Part shown: piece by piece, positions 49,246 to 64,000 of the stretch | How the letters are laid out: every line of letters starts with the position of its first letter | Numbering within the stretch: position 1 is the stretch's first letter | DNA from: Zygnema circumcarinatum SAG 698-1b | Lineage: Eukaryota > Plantae > Zygnematophyceae | Assembly (NCBI GenBank): GCA_037447605.1 | Contig: CM074807.1 | Span: forward strand, 2,986,327 to 3,050,326 | Direction: 5' to 3' | Length of the DNA stretch: 64,000 bases | Position numbers and translations under genes: made by a program | The notes under the pieces: model-generated | Databases searched by the model: none | What the model saw: only the letters and a program-made list of their open reading frames with translations | What the model was told of the DNA's origin: nothing

Positions 49246-50473
49246 GAGTGCTTCAGAATTGGGGGGTATAGTAGAGATAGAAAATTCCGTAGGTAAAAGT
49301 GGAGGAGCGTTCCTGATGAGCCACACAGTGAGCGGCACCTCTGCGAGTATTTGTGGGTTTCAGCAGTTGTTTCAGTAGCTGGAGTTGCAGCTACATCGTT
49401 CAGTCGACGGCACAGAACCGAAACCTATTTGCTCACAGAATATTTGACAAGTCAGGCTTGATGCCCATAGGCCAGCAAAAGAATTTTCTCGCATTCAACC
49501 AGTTTCGATCATCCTCTCACGTATTCATTCCACACTCATTTTGAAACGGAGTCTCATCCCACTTTCAAAAAGTTCTCTTTTGGCCCTGCGTGGGACGGGC
49601 CTTCTGTCAGGTCCGGGCTTTCTGGCAACATCTGCAGGGTGAGTTTGTCCTTCTGCTGCCCTTCAGCACTTCAGCTTCGGCTCTTCTCTTCTCTGCGACG
49701 CTGGACTGTAAACTTGGCTGTGCATTACTTTCTCTGCTGCTACTTTTTTCGCTCTATGTGTGCATTTCCGGATGCTTCAGGCCAGGTCTGCTGCTTCCAT
49801 GGCACTTTTTTACTCTGTTATCTAGTGTTGCTTAGTACGGCTACTTGGCCTCTCTAATTGGCTTTCCTCATGGTCTTTCCAAATGCAGCCATTCTCGGCC
49901 ACGAGGGGGCGATTTGGAGAGCCGCATTTAAAGGAGGAGAGATTGCTGCCTGCATGAAGATGATCTGGAGTAGTAGATGAAGGGAACAGGCTTGGCAAGT
50001 GAGTAGGACGGCATCCGACTCAAGAGTATAGGAGACAATGTATCGTCAGATATTAGATGAGATGCAAAAATCACGTTTTGTCCACCAAATTTCTCCAATT
50101 GCTTCATGTGCTGTATTCGATAGGGCTGCATAAAGTGGCAGGTACATAGGTTCTGCTGAAATGCCTCTGTTAATGGGCATCACATAGATGCACTAGGGAG
50201 AGAGTGAATCCATCATGTCCATATGAGGGGGAGCGCAGCTTAAATGAAAACCGCTATACAGACGCTGAATGGAAAACATGTTCGTCTTTATTTTTCAATC
50301 AATTTGCAAGAGGAATACGCTCAAGTCGAATAGTACCTATTTGATTTCCAACCTGTATTAAGAGGATTTATTTGACGAATGACGCTTGCTTACGCCCTAC
50401 GAGTAAAGCAGGAAGCTTGTGTCTACAAGCTCGTCCTTTTATTCTCGCAATATATTACTCTGCATTTGGTCGT

Positions 50474-53400
50474 CTAAAGGAGGTATCTGACTAGCAGGCC
50501 TAAAACTAGCAGCGGTGTGACTGGTCTCAGCAGCAATCGTCTCGACTTAGCCAGCAGCGATCCCTTCTTTACATTTGCGGCCTTTGAACTATTCATATCT
50601 GTTGCAGCTGAGTCTCCCCTATCGTCTGACTGTTTGCTATCCATTTCAGCGCATGACTCGTCTAACTTGTCACTATCAGCGAAGGCTTGCGCCTGCTCTA
50701 CAGCCTGCACTAAACCGCCTGCCTTTACATCGAGGTGAGTGTGTCCCGCACCTGCATTCTGCCACACCACGGGCTCCCATGGCATAGGCTGCCCCTCCAT
50801 TGCATGCACGCATGCGTCTGCGATAAGGGGCCGAACAAATCGTAACTTGGGGCCTGTAATCTCCATCTGCAACCAAGTTCCAGGAGGCAAGTAAAGGCTT
50901 CTGCCCGAATTTAGAAAATGGGGTCCTTTCAATGAGATGGGAGAGGGGAAGGAAGGGACAGGGAGAGAAGGAAGAAGGCGAAGGGTGGGGGGGAGGAAAA
51001 AAAAGAGACAAAAAGAGAATATGAAATTGTCATGAGAATTGAAAGATGTTCTAAGCCACAAAGAGAGCAAGCACTTTGCAAAGCAAGGAGAGCAAAGGTG
51101 AGCAAGGAAGGAAGGAAGGAATGTACCACAGTAGGATGGACCGAGTTCGTAAGAAGTGCTACAAATATATTGCGGTCAGGATCAATCCAAAGAGAGGTTC
51201 CTGAAGCGCAGAGCCAGACATAAATTCTTCAGCCCCTTGAGTGAAATCAACCCATGTTTAATTCCTTCACTGTCCGTCATTTCTGAGTAAAGCCTCGACA
51301 TTATGTCTAACCAATAGTCCGGCGTGAAGCATGTGGAACAAGGCATGGTAGCACAATCCGCGATTTTTTTTAAAATTTTTATGAGTCGTTGCTTCTTTCT
51401 TGAAATTTCCCGAAAGAAAAAGATGAATACTTTCACAAAGACCTACAGAGGAGTGTTTAATTTCGTCATGCCTCAGCCACGGACCTGTGAAGCCCGTGTG
51501 GCCAAACGTCCTTGGACCTAAGAACTGTCCCGCTGATGTATACCCATCTAAAGCGCGCCTAGCTGATACATCCCATCTGCACATAACAGACCCATTACGG
51601 CATTTGAAACCAGTAAGGACAGACCAACCACACGAAAAATGGAGCGAGCATAAACAGAATGTTGTCTAAGTTAAGATATCCTACACAACGTTATGCTACC
51701 AATAAGCGCATGAACAATTGGCGCCTGCATTTACAAAGGCATAAGAACCACCATGCAAACTGAAGCCAAGGAGCAGTACATTGAGATAACAACCACTCAA
51801 TAGCTTACCCAAGTGCAAAGGGTCGAGGATTTTCCGGTGTCACCGGTGCCTGTGTGGTGAAGAGCCGCAGTGTACTTTCCTTGAAGTATCGGCGTCCTGT
51901 CCGCAGGTCTACGCCTCCTGACAAAATCATTTGTGCATACTGCAACACCCCCCACAGAACAAACGCTGCTAAAAAAGTTTGTCTGGCTGTACTCTGACTG
52001 ATTTAAGGTTGCTCCTCCTCCCGCCACCTTTCAGAAATGCTCAATTGTGGAGACTAGTTCTCACAAAGAACATCTCTGATTTGAGGGCGCCCTCATGCTT
52101 CTTTCGTAGACATGCTCAGAAGTGAAATTGCTGACAGAGATGAAGCAGAAAGCTCGCTTAAAAAATTGGCACTAAACCTGGAATGTCATGGCAGACATTG
52201 CCAAGGCTGCAAACAATGATGGTAATTCAAGAACTTGTGAAGCAGACTGCCCTCCAGTTTTCTTAATTGCTGTTGCTTGAGAAGACAAAATGGAAACATC
52301 CATGGTGGGTATTCTGTTTCGAGGGTTGTTCTCAAACCAAGGAGATACTAAGGTCTGTTGTTTTCAGACCTTATTTCCTTCAGGTGCTTTCGGCACCAGA
52401 TTAGTCTGAATGCCAACTGCACTAATCAACAACTTCTTGTTTACTTCGACTACGACACACAGAAGTTAGAGGACGTATTACTTGCGACAATTAGCCAAGC
52501 CGAATTCTGATGCTACAAGGTTTCGAGCGGTTTTGAACGCATCCTGACTTCTGACATCTACGAACATCACGAAGTATGCCCTCCTTGTTGAAACCTTTAA
52601 CCAGCTTTTGCTGTGTTGCATGTGCTTGTATACCCAAAATATCTTTGTAGTAGTGCTTTCTGGAGTGTGCAGTCCCTTCGGACCAGTAGCGTGTTTTCCG
52701 ATCAGCACAATTCTTTCAATTCAATCAATTCTTTACCCACGAACACACATGAACAACTTGGATAAGAGAAGCTCACTCTAGAAACGTCAAGGATGGAGGA
52801 GAAGAGGCCTGCATGCCCAGCGATGCCGCCAAGGAGCCAGGAGGTTGGGTCATGCACTGCACGACCGAAACAACAGAGAGGTTAGTTATCGCGCTTTATC
52901 CTTTCACAAACCTCAACTTAGGCTATTGATTCTGGCACACATAGGATACTTTTCCCGGACACCTCATTAATCCTGTCGTCTTTCAATGTATTTGCGAAAA
53001 TGCCGTGGTTTTCCACATTGCCTAGTCATTCCCACTGGCCAAACAAGAGCAGGCACGAGTCTTGAACCTCTCTTTCGCTTCACTGCTATTGACCAGTAGT
53101 GTGTCAACAGGGGTCCGATCAACTTCTGCAGAAAGGCACAAACCTTCCCCCCATAGAAGTCGGCGTCGATGAACTAAATCTACTTCTGTTGGGACCACTA
53201 ATGGGTCAAAGTCGCAAAGTTCAAGTGGTCGAAAGCCTGTCTGCACCATTCCCAGCTGCAGTCGCCCAACCTCATTTCAGTTTTAGGATACTTGCGTTGC
53301 CAAACCATCCAAGTCACAAGCTGCAGCTGACAATGAATAATTTGTGCTTGACGAAGGTATAACCCAAAGAGGGACTTTAACACTTTTCAGTTGCCCGGTG

Positions 53401-56246
53401 CATCCTCCTTCCCGTTCAACTGAGGCTGAGCACTATGTGACAAACATTATGCGTTAAATTCATGAAAAATTAACAAGAGAATTTGAGCTCTCGTTAGCAT
53501 CCGATGTCTTACAACTACCATTCACATCCACCTTTATGTCCCAGTCACGTAGTCACTAGCTTATAGAGGACCATGCTCCTCTTGACGGACTCCAGAGTTG
53601 GTTAACTCACCGGTTTGTACAGCTCTCTCTCTACAAATTCTGCAAGAGGCCTCTTTGCCAGAGTCTCCACCACCAGGGCCAGAACTATCATGGAAAGGTC
53701 GCTGTAACGTGCTTGAGCCCCTGGAGGGTACCACAGCTTATCCTTGAGGATGAAGTCCATGACCTGCAGAGGCGCCCCATTTGTTGTCAAGAAAAGAAAC
53801 AAGCAGGATCTTAACAAACTCCTTGAATATTGAAAGGTTGGCCAGACATACATGCCAACAAGGGGCAGGAAACAAGTAGTCGAGAAAAGGAGAAAGCACC
53901 AGTTTCCTGTTTGATGGTGGGCTAACCTGTTCTGTGGTAGTGAGTCCCATATCAAAGAACGGGTGAAACTCTCTTAGGCCGGCCGTATGTGTCAGCAGCA
54001 TGCGTACAGTCACCTCCTGCTTTCCATTGACTCCGAATGCGGGAACATACGTACAGGCAGGCGTGTCCAGGTCTGCAGGATACACATGAGTGTGATTGGT
54101 AGGGTCAAGCCGTTACATCTCTTCCAGTGAATCCTACATCGAGAGAGTTTTGCTTTATCCAAAATAGAGAAGGTGATGATGCAGCAGTGCTTAATAGCAA
54201 AACAAGTATGCAGTTGCTAGGCAGAAGACGTTTACGGTTGCCAGCAGGTTTCTTTTACGAACACAAAGCCAGATAATAGAGAAATGACTAAACAAAGTTC
54301 TTTGTCTTCATCGAGTGTTCAATTCTTATGAATAAGGTCCAGTGACCTTCATCGGTTGCATTTAAGTTTACTTTAGCAAATGCTTGCGACTAGTTAGTTA
54401 CCTATCAGGCCTCGGTCGTATAGAATCATAACTGCAGGAACTGTTGCCATTATCTGCCAACAATTGCAATGGTCATAAGCCCTGTCAGCATTGGCGAACT
54501 CAGGACGTATCTGTTGTGCATTTTTCTCCATTACAAAAATCAATCTGCATTCTCCATGGAGGACATTCAGTACAGGACTACCGTTCACAAGGAAAGGAGG
54601 AATGGGAGATCAAAGACGCGGCAGTCTTACTTTAGTGAGCGAAGCAAGGTCAAAAATTGCACGAGAACGAACTGGCATGTTTGATTCACTGCAATTCAGA
54701 GATCAAAAAATTGTTAGCTCAAGTGCGTAACCATCGATGATTGAAGAGCATGATTGACCCTTCACTAAGAAGTTTCCTCGAAACTCTGTCCTACTCTGTC
54801 CTGCGCTAAACTAGATGGGCCAATCGTTTTGTTTATCCTTTTCTGGAATTTTAGGCTCCTCCAAAGTCCAGATATTGGTGAAAGAGGTCCAAAACCCATT
54901 TCAAGGTAATTTGAAAACCATTAAGAACTTGCTGGAACTTATGGGCACTCGGGGTGGTCAAGGATCCCAAGTGCAATTACATACTATGTGTAAGTCCCAT
55001 ATGCTGTGGTGAGTTCCTCCACATCCATGAACGACCACAAAAGGAAAACAACGCGTCATGTTAGTGAACGGGTGTAAGGTTCTACCATAAGAAAATATAC
55101 GGATGAGGTCGCCTAGATGCCAACCACTCCCATTCTCACGATGCATTGCCTTCAGGTTGAAACTGACAATGTAGCTGAGTCATTTTTTTCGCGACTCAGC
55201 ATGAATAAGCCTCACCTCGCAGCCTTACTCGCCACTAAGAATATCTTGCAAAATCTATGAGAGAGCATGAATCTGAGATGACTTCAACGACCCCTCCATT
55301 GCTCGTGCAGAGATTTCATGTGAGAAAAATGCGAATTTCCGACTTTTATATTTGTAAATGACTCCCAAGCCTGACTTTTAAGTCTCCAAAGAGGCTTCCA
55401 CAAGCATGCCGCAACCAAATTGTGAGATTAACATTTCAGACTCAAGCTTCTGTTTGCCCGTTAAGAATTGAGACAGAGAAGAGCATATGGTGTCCGACCT
55501 GATCCAGACTAGAAAGACCACAGACAGAAGAGGCATCCTGCTGATTAAAATGTAAATTCGAATCTCTTCAGCATACAGACTGGAATGATTCGCGGTAATC
55601 AAGCCGGTTTCAGCTAGACAAACCTTGATAAAAGCAGGGAATGCTACATCTGCCAAACGCGACTGCACCGCCAGGAAACACCCTCTCCGAAATGGCCTGC
55701 AGTAATGAACATATAATGAACGAATGAGCAAGTTTACATTCGGCCAAACAGGCTCCTTTTGTTTCAAGCTCCTTGACATCGTATAGTATGCAGGAGTTTG
55801 GCTAATGCCGACCACAAGCCGGCCTTAAGGATTCCAGAAGCGTTTTAAGAATTCCATTAATCTCGTGAGGCGGTAGATCCACCTCAAGCAGGAAGCACCT
55901 CACTTCAGTTCTTTGTTCGGGCACCTTGACATGATCGCGAACAGGTGATGATCTACTGCTACTATTGATCCCCGGCTATGCTAACTATTGCGGCTAATCT
56001 TAAACACAGGAAGATCATCTGCACACACTCTGCCCGGTTGCAGACTTCACTGAAACAACGTAAGCTTAATGGCGGCCAGGCTCCACCGTGACAGACTCAC
56101 ACCTTATGCATTATCTCACTGATTGTCAGACGATCGCCTCCCATCCGAATAGTAGAATCATTCAAGATCCCTTGGTGCATGCTGCTTTCAGCAAACATTG
56201 ACGGTACAGCCATTGGCTTCTCTCTGTACGCTGAATCCTGAACCAT
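50474..56246 (-). CDS. Serine hydrolase of the beta-lactamase/penicillin-binding-protein fold (PF00144-type), ~508 aa, C-terminal hydrophobic tail, 13 exons
   Basis: Exons: 56103-56246, 55624-55696, 54985-55003, 54631-54688, 54402-54453, 53927-54072, 53611-53763, 53144-53255, 52777-52856, 51809-51939, 51485-51576, 51127-51200, 50474-50866; they join in one frame. Motifs: AISERVFPGG, FDLASLTK (SxxK), RMLLTHTAGL, RYSDL (YxN-equivalent), GEVHDP, GHAGLFS, FGHTGFTGTSLWIDPD...LLTNSVHP. The start codon is the least certain part. Confidence 0.9.
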
Positions 56247-56599
56247 ACTTTAAACAAGCTGGTGCCTCCCTGCACCCTCCACGCCCTCCCTGCACCCCTC
56301 TTGGATGCCGGAGCGCGAGAACGCTTCTTCGCATCCCTTCCTAGCCCCGCCCCCACTCCACCTCCCCCTCCCCCTCCCCCTCCCCTCAGCTCTCTCCCCC
56401 ACCCTTCCCCCTCCCTCGCCGCTTTGAGGTTTGAACTGCGGCTGTCAGCGCCGGCCCGGTGAAACGGTCCGAGGAGCTGTCCGTACACAACCTCCCGGCC
56501 AATCACGAGCCACCACTCTATGTGCTCAGTGCTACCCGTCCCGTGTTACGAATCCCTGTTCAACAAACTAACGCGATTGGGCTCCATGTGACAGCGTTA

Positions 56600-57165
56600 G
56601 CCTTGAAAAGGGGGGACACGTGGCAGCCTGTGGCTCAAAAAGGGGCGGCCCGCTGCGCCCTCCCACAGTCGCGGGTCGATTTTTATTCGAAATTTTGGGA
56701 GGCCTTGCAAGCGCGCCACGTGTCGATCTGGATGTCTTTTTCAACACGTGGCTAGTGATAATTGGCTGAAATCTTGCCCCTCCGGTGTACTTTAGCCGCC
56801 ATTAGGGGGTGTCAGACTTAACAAAATCTTACGAAAAGCGTTACGAAAAAAAAGGTTACGAAAGTACTCCGCCGCAGGAGGATCGCGATTATACTGGAGT
56901 ACTCGTTCTGATGTCAAACTTACGAACACGCGTACTGAAATTTTTTAAGTCTGACACCCCCTATTTTCGCGCTTTTCCTTCAACGAGAGCCTTTTGCGAT
57001 CGACAATCGAGGGCGCCCGGCGTCTCGAAATCGACGGTGGAAAGGGAAACCACTTGTGTAGGTCAGCGCCAGCCGAGGTTTGACACGTGTCTGGGACGGC
57101 CGCCGGAGGGCCGAGGGAGCCTTACCGGAGTTGCGTGCGTACGGTGCGGATGCGGCCACGTGGCC
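56600..57165. promoter_or_regulatory. G-box cluster upstream of the serine hydrolase
   Basis: CACGTG at 56617, 56717, 56745, 57084 and 57157. Confidence 0.55.
56803..56963. mobile_element. MITE-like element (157 bp between TA dinucleotides)
   Basis: Perfect 17-bp TIR GGGGGTGTCAGACTTAA (56805-56821) and TTAAGTCTGACACCCCC (56945-56961), flanked by TA on both sides. The interior contains TTACGAA x4. Confidence 0.8.
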
Positions 57166-57784
57166 TCGCGTCTGCCGTCAAAACGTAGGCCGGCGGCGGG
57201 TTAGCGTTGACGGGCGCCGTGTCGGGCGCTGGGCTCGGTACGTGGTGAGCTCGAGCCTCGGGAGGTATGAGGCGAGGGAACGCGAGGTCTTTTGTTTCGC
57301 TTTTCTTTTTAGAAAAAAAAAAAAAAAAAGTAATGGACGTGTATTGCCCTGCTTGTGGGAGTGAGATTGGGGGCTCCAAGCAGGTTTGCTATTTTGGGTC
57401 GATGTTGGATGTGGGAGCTAACAACGGCGGTAGTTGAACATCTGCCCTACAAGTGACTACTGACGAGGACAGGAATAACTACTACATAGGATGGTCCCAA
57501 CAGAGTAGAGAGCGACATCATATTCTGGTGTAACACTTCCAGGATCTACCTTCCCATAGCAATAAAATAACGTTAAGGTGAATGGCATTGAATGATGTAA
57601 TTACATCGTCGAACTAACTGAATCTCGCAGTAGCTTCCTCAGGCAAAGATTTAGATTGCCAGGCTGAACATGCTCCCACCTGTCCCCCCTAACCGACTCG
57701 TGACTGTGTCAACATCCCGTAGCTGCACATTCACAACGAAAACGTCCCGGCAAAAATGTGAACTCGTCCAATATCTCTATGCCA

Positions 57785-61723
<3,939 letters not shown>

Positions 61724-62434
61724 TGCTTTGCTTTGCTTGATAAGTGATTTGCTTTGCTTTGCTTTGCTTTCCTGGACTTGAGCTCCTCCCAACCGCGCCC
61801 CAAGCCTCCCCTCTCCTGCCACCAACACCTTCTCAACGAATTGCTCGCCTACGGTAATTCTGCCAAGTTCTCCGCCTCGTGGATCAGTCTCTCTCCAAGC
61901 AGAGAGAGACGAGGCTCAGGGCGGGACTCCATGGAGCGTATACTGGGTCCATACAAAACCAATCACATACTGCCACGTCAGAAAATGTGTACACATGGCA
62001 GCCAATGATTGGCGATTGCTTAACAGAGTGCCCTTGTCGGCCTGCCCTCAAGAGAGAGGGGACGCGCAACGGCCAGCCCAGCCGCCAGCTGAATTTCGTG
62101 CCGTACGGTAGGAAGGTATGTCCGTACAACCTTCTAGAAGCCTCTATCCACCATAAACAATATGGTAGTTAAGAAAAATTGCAAATGTCATCACCAATAG
62201 GCGCCTGCCACGTACGACGAAATGTCAAACATAATTGGCTTAACATATACCTTTTGACTTGAGCCGCCTCTTTGACCTTCCAAAGAAAAAGCCTTGCGCA
62301 AAAGCCCTTCTCCTGCCGCACATCGGCGACCTTCGCGGCTGCTTCGAGGGGAGGGCTTCAAGCGTTGTTGAGCCTATGCGTAGCTTTCCGCTCCTAACCT
62401 TTCCTCTTGTGTCCTTGGGACTTTTGCGCCCAGT

Positions 62435-62513
62435 TGGTTCCCCATGTTGATTTTGTCCATGTACATTTGATGGCATCATCGCCATTGTGAGATCAATGCC
62501 ACTTCCATCCATC
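62435..62513. repeat. Dispersed ~77-bp repeat, copy B
   Basis: Similar to 26995-27070; lies about 710 bp upstream of the ASP1 ATG. Confidence 0.8.
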
Positions 62514-64000
62514 CCCCTTCGCACCTCACGTTACATGAAGGTAAAACTACGAGCCGGCTCGACCAAAAAGGCCCAGCTACGTATTTTTCCCGTAAAATGT
62601 GAACCAATCATGGCGCTCCACGTGGAGAATAATGACACGCGGCATGCCTGGATTTGCTGCAATGGTCACCGCGACACCTGGCTCGAACCATTCCCATTTC
62701 CCAGCCGGCCGTCACAGCACGGGCACCGTACGGGGGTCAGGGACAAAAAGCAAGTGCCACGTCAGTGATCTCGTACGGCCGGCCCACCGTGCGTTATCCG
62801 GCCACGTGTCACGCTGGGAGGCCCCGATCGCAAAGCTTGGCGGCGCTGACAGGAGCTTCGGGAAGCTCGCTCGGCCGTCGCGTCACGGGGGACGGGAGGC
62901 TGACCACTGTACGGAACCACGTTCGAGGAGTGGGAATGAGAGGAGGGTAGTGCTAAATTCACACCTTTTTTGTCTAGGCACAGACATTTTTTCGCCGGGC
63001 AGATTTTAAAAATAGACAAAACGCGCGCGAGCGCGAGCCCGAGATCGAGTCCCGTGTTCTTCGTGGCCCGAGCGCGGTCCCATCTCTGCACAGTATTGAG
63101 CTATGGATAAGTAAGATAAATAGGAAACAGGCATGCATGCATGGGGCTTCTGTGACTAGCATTCGACTGTAATCACTACTCACCTAACAGAAAATGAAGG
63201 TTTGCCACCCTTTCCGTTTTCAGAGAATGGGACGGCCTCTGGAACCTGCTCATCTATTGGCAGCAAACAACGAGCTAACGATGCTAGAAGTGAAACCAAA
63301 ATGAAGCTCAAGTCGTTTCTTGGACAAAGAACTGTCAGCTTCATGTGGATACAGACCCAAAACGTGGCAATCTGCTAAATCAGCAACACAATCTCGAGTC
63401 TTGCAAATCCTCTATTGGTCCTGATTTGTAGATGAATTATAATCAAATCATTCTTGCATTATGAGAACAATATTCTGCAGGCCTCCCTTAGACCAAACGC
63501 AGTGGACCAAGAGCGTGTGTTCATTTCGTTAGTGTATATAGTTAGTTTAGATTAGCACGTTTTGTTGGCACTTAGTTCCGAGGGATGTGCTCAGAGTGTT
63601 CCTACCTTTATGGAGGATTGTCTAGCCGGCCGTACAGGCCTTTAGGGGAGGTGTGTGCGCGTAGGCGCGCGCGGAGTTCGGAGTTCGGACAAGCTTGCAG
63701 TCGTACGGTGCGGCATGCGAGTGTACGAATGCGAAGCGCTGATTGGTCGCGGCGTACGCGTGGAGCGCGAAGTGCGCGACACATGAACATCAATGGTGGT
63801 GCGCGAAACAGCGGCGGGAAACGTCCGTAGTGTGACTAGTGTCTTTTCGGAATGTCGGTAGCGAATCAAGTTGCGCCACGCGGACTGAGAAACGGGACCT
63901 GACCGGGCGGAGTAGCAGTACGTCTAAGCTAGCGTAGGTCGGTGCCCCGTAGGTTTACGGGAACGACTGTTGACGATCGTCGTTTGGCTACGTCGGTTGG

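Noticed and set aside
48859-49338. 159-aa antisense ORF over the thioredoxin-like gene, and other antisense ORFs over exons
   Set aside because: They are shadows of real coding sequence on the opposite strand.
52082-52095. 14-bp palindrome TGAGGGCGCCCTCA, and a 9-bp hairpin at 52349-52373
   Set aside because: These are short and intronic and compatible with chance, with no supporting context.
57300-57420. USE-like TCCCACATC on the minus strand plus a downstream T-run (Pol III snRNA-type gene), or a poly(A)-tailed SINE
   Set aside because: There is no TATA box at the expected spacing, the predicted transcript is too short, and I see no A/B boxes or target-site duplication.

Overview
Intron-rich eukaryotic nuclear DNA with plant-type genes. 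It is most likely a streptophyte green alga or an early-diverging land plant; this is inferred from the gene set, not proven. I rebuilt exon chains by hand from GT-AG junctions and recalled protein homology. Thirteen protein-coding genes are supported: UBC27-like E2 (partial), CAP/PR-1 protein, SEC6, SMP-30/regucalcin lactonase, an uncharacterised oleosin-like hairpin protein, an atypical TBC RabGAP, M17 leucyl aminopeptidase, a plastid LEA-like protein, a HER2-like Zn-dependent dehydrogenase, SYP7 syntaxin, mitochondrial EF-Tu, an intronless thioredoxin-fold protein, and a bacterial-type serine hydrolase of the beta-lactamase/PBP fold. Mitochondrial aspartate aminotransferase ASP1 is a fourteenth. 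Non-coding structure includes two MITE-like elements sharing a TA-GGGGGTGTCA terminus, a ~77-bp dispersed repeat, a ~250-bp degenerate interstitial TTAGGG tract, a 24-bp minisatellite abutting a splice acceptor and a 16-bp perfect hairpin. Promoters share a striking grammar of G-box/ABRE clusters, CGTAC clusters, a repeated RACGGYYNRGAT motif and telo-boxes. I found no rRNA, tRNA or CRISPR array. No database searches were run; all homology calls come from recalled family motifs.
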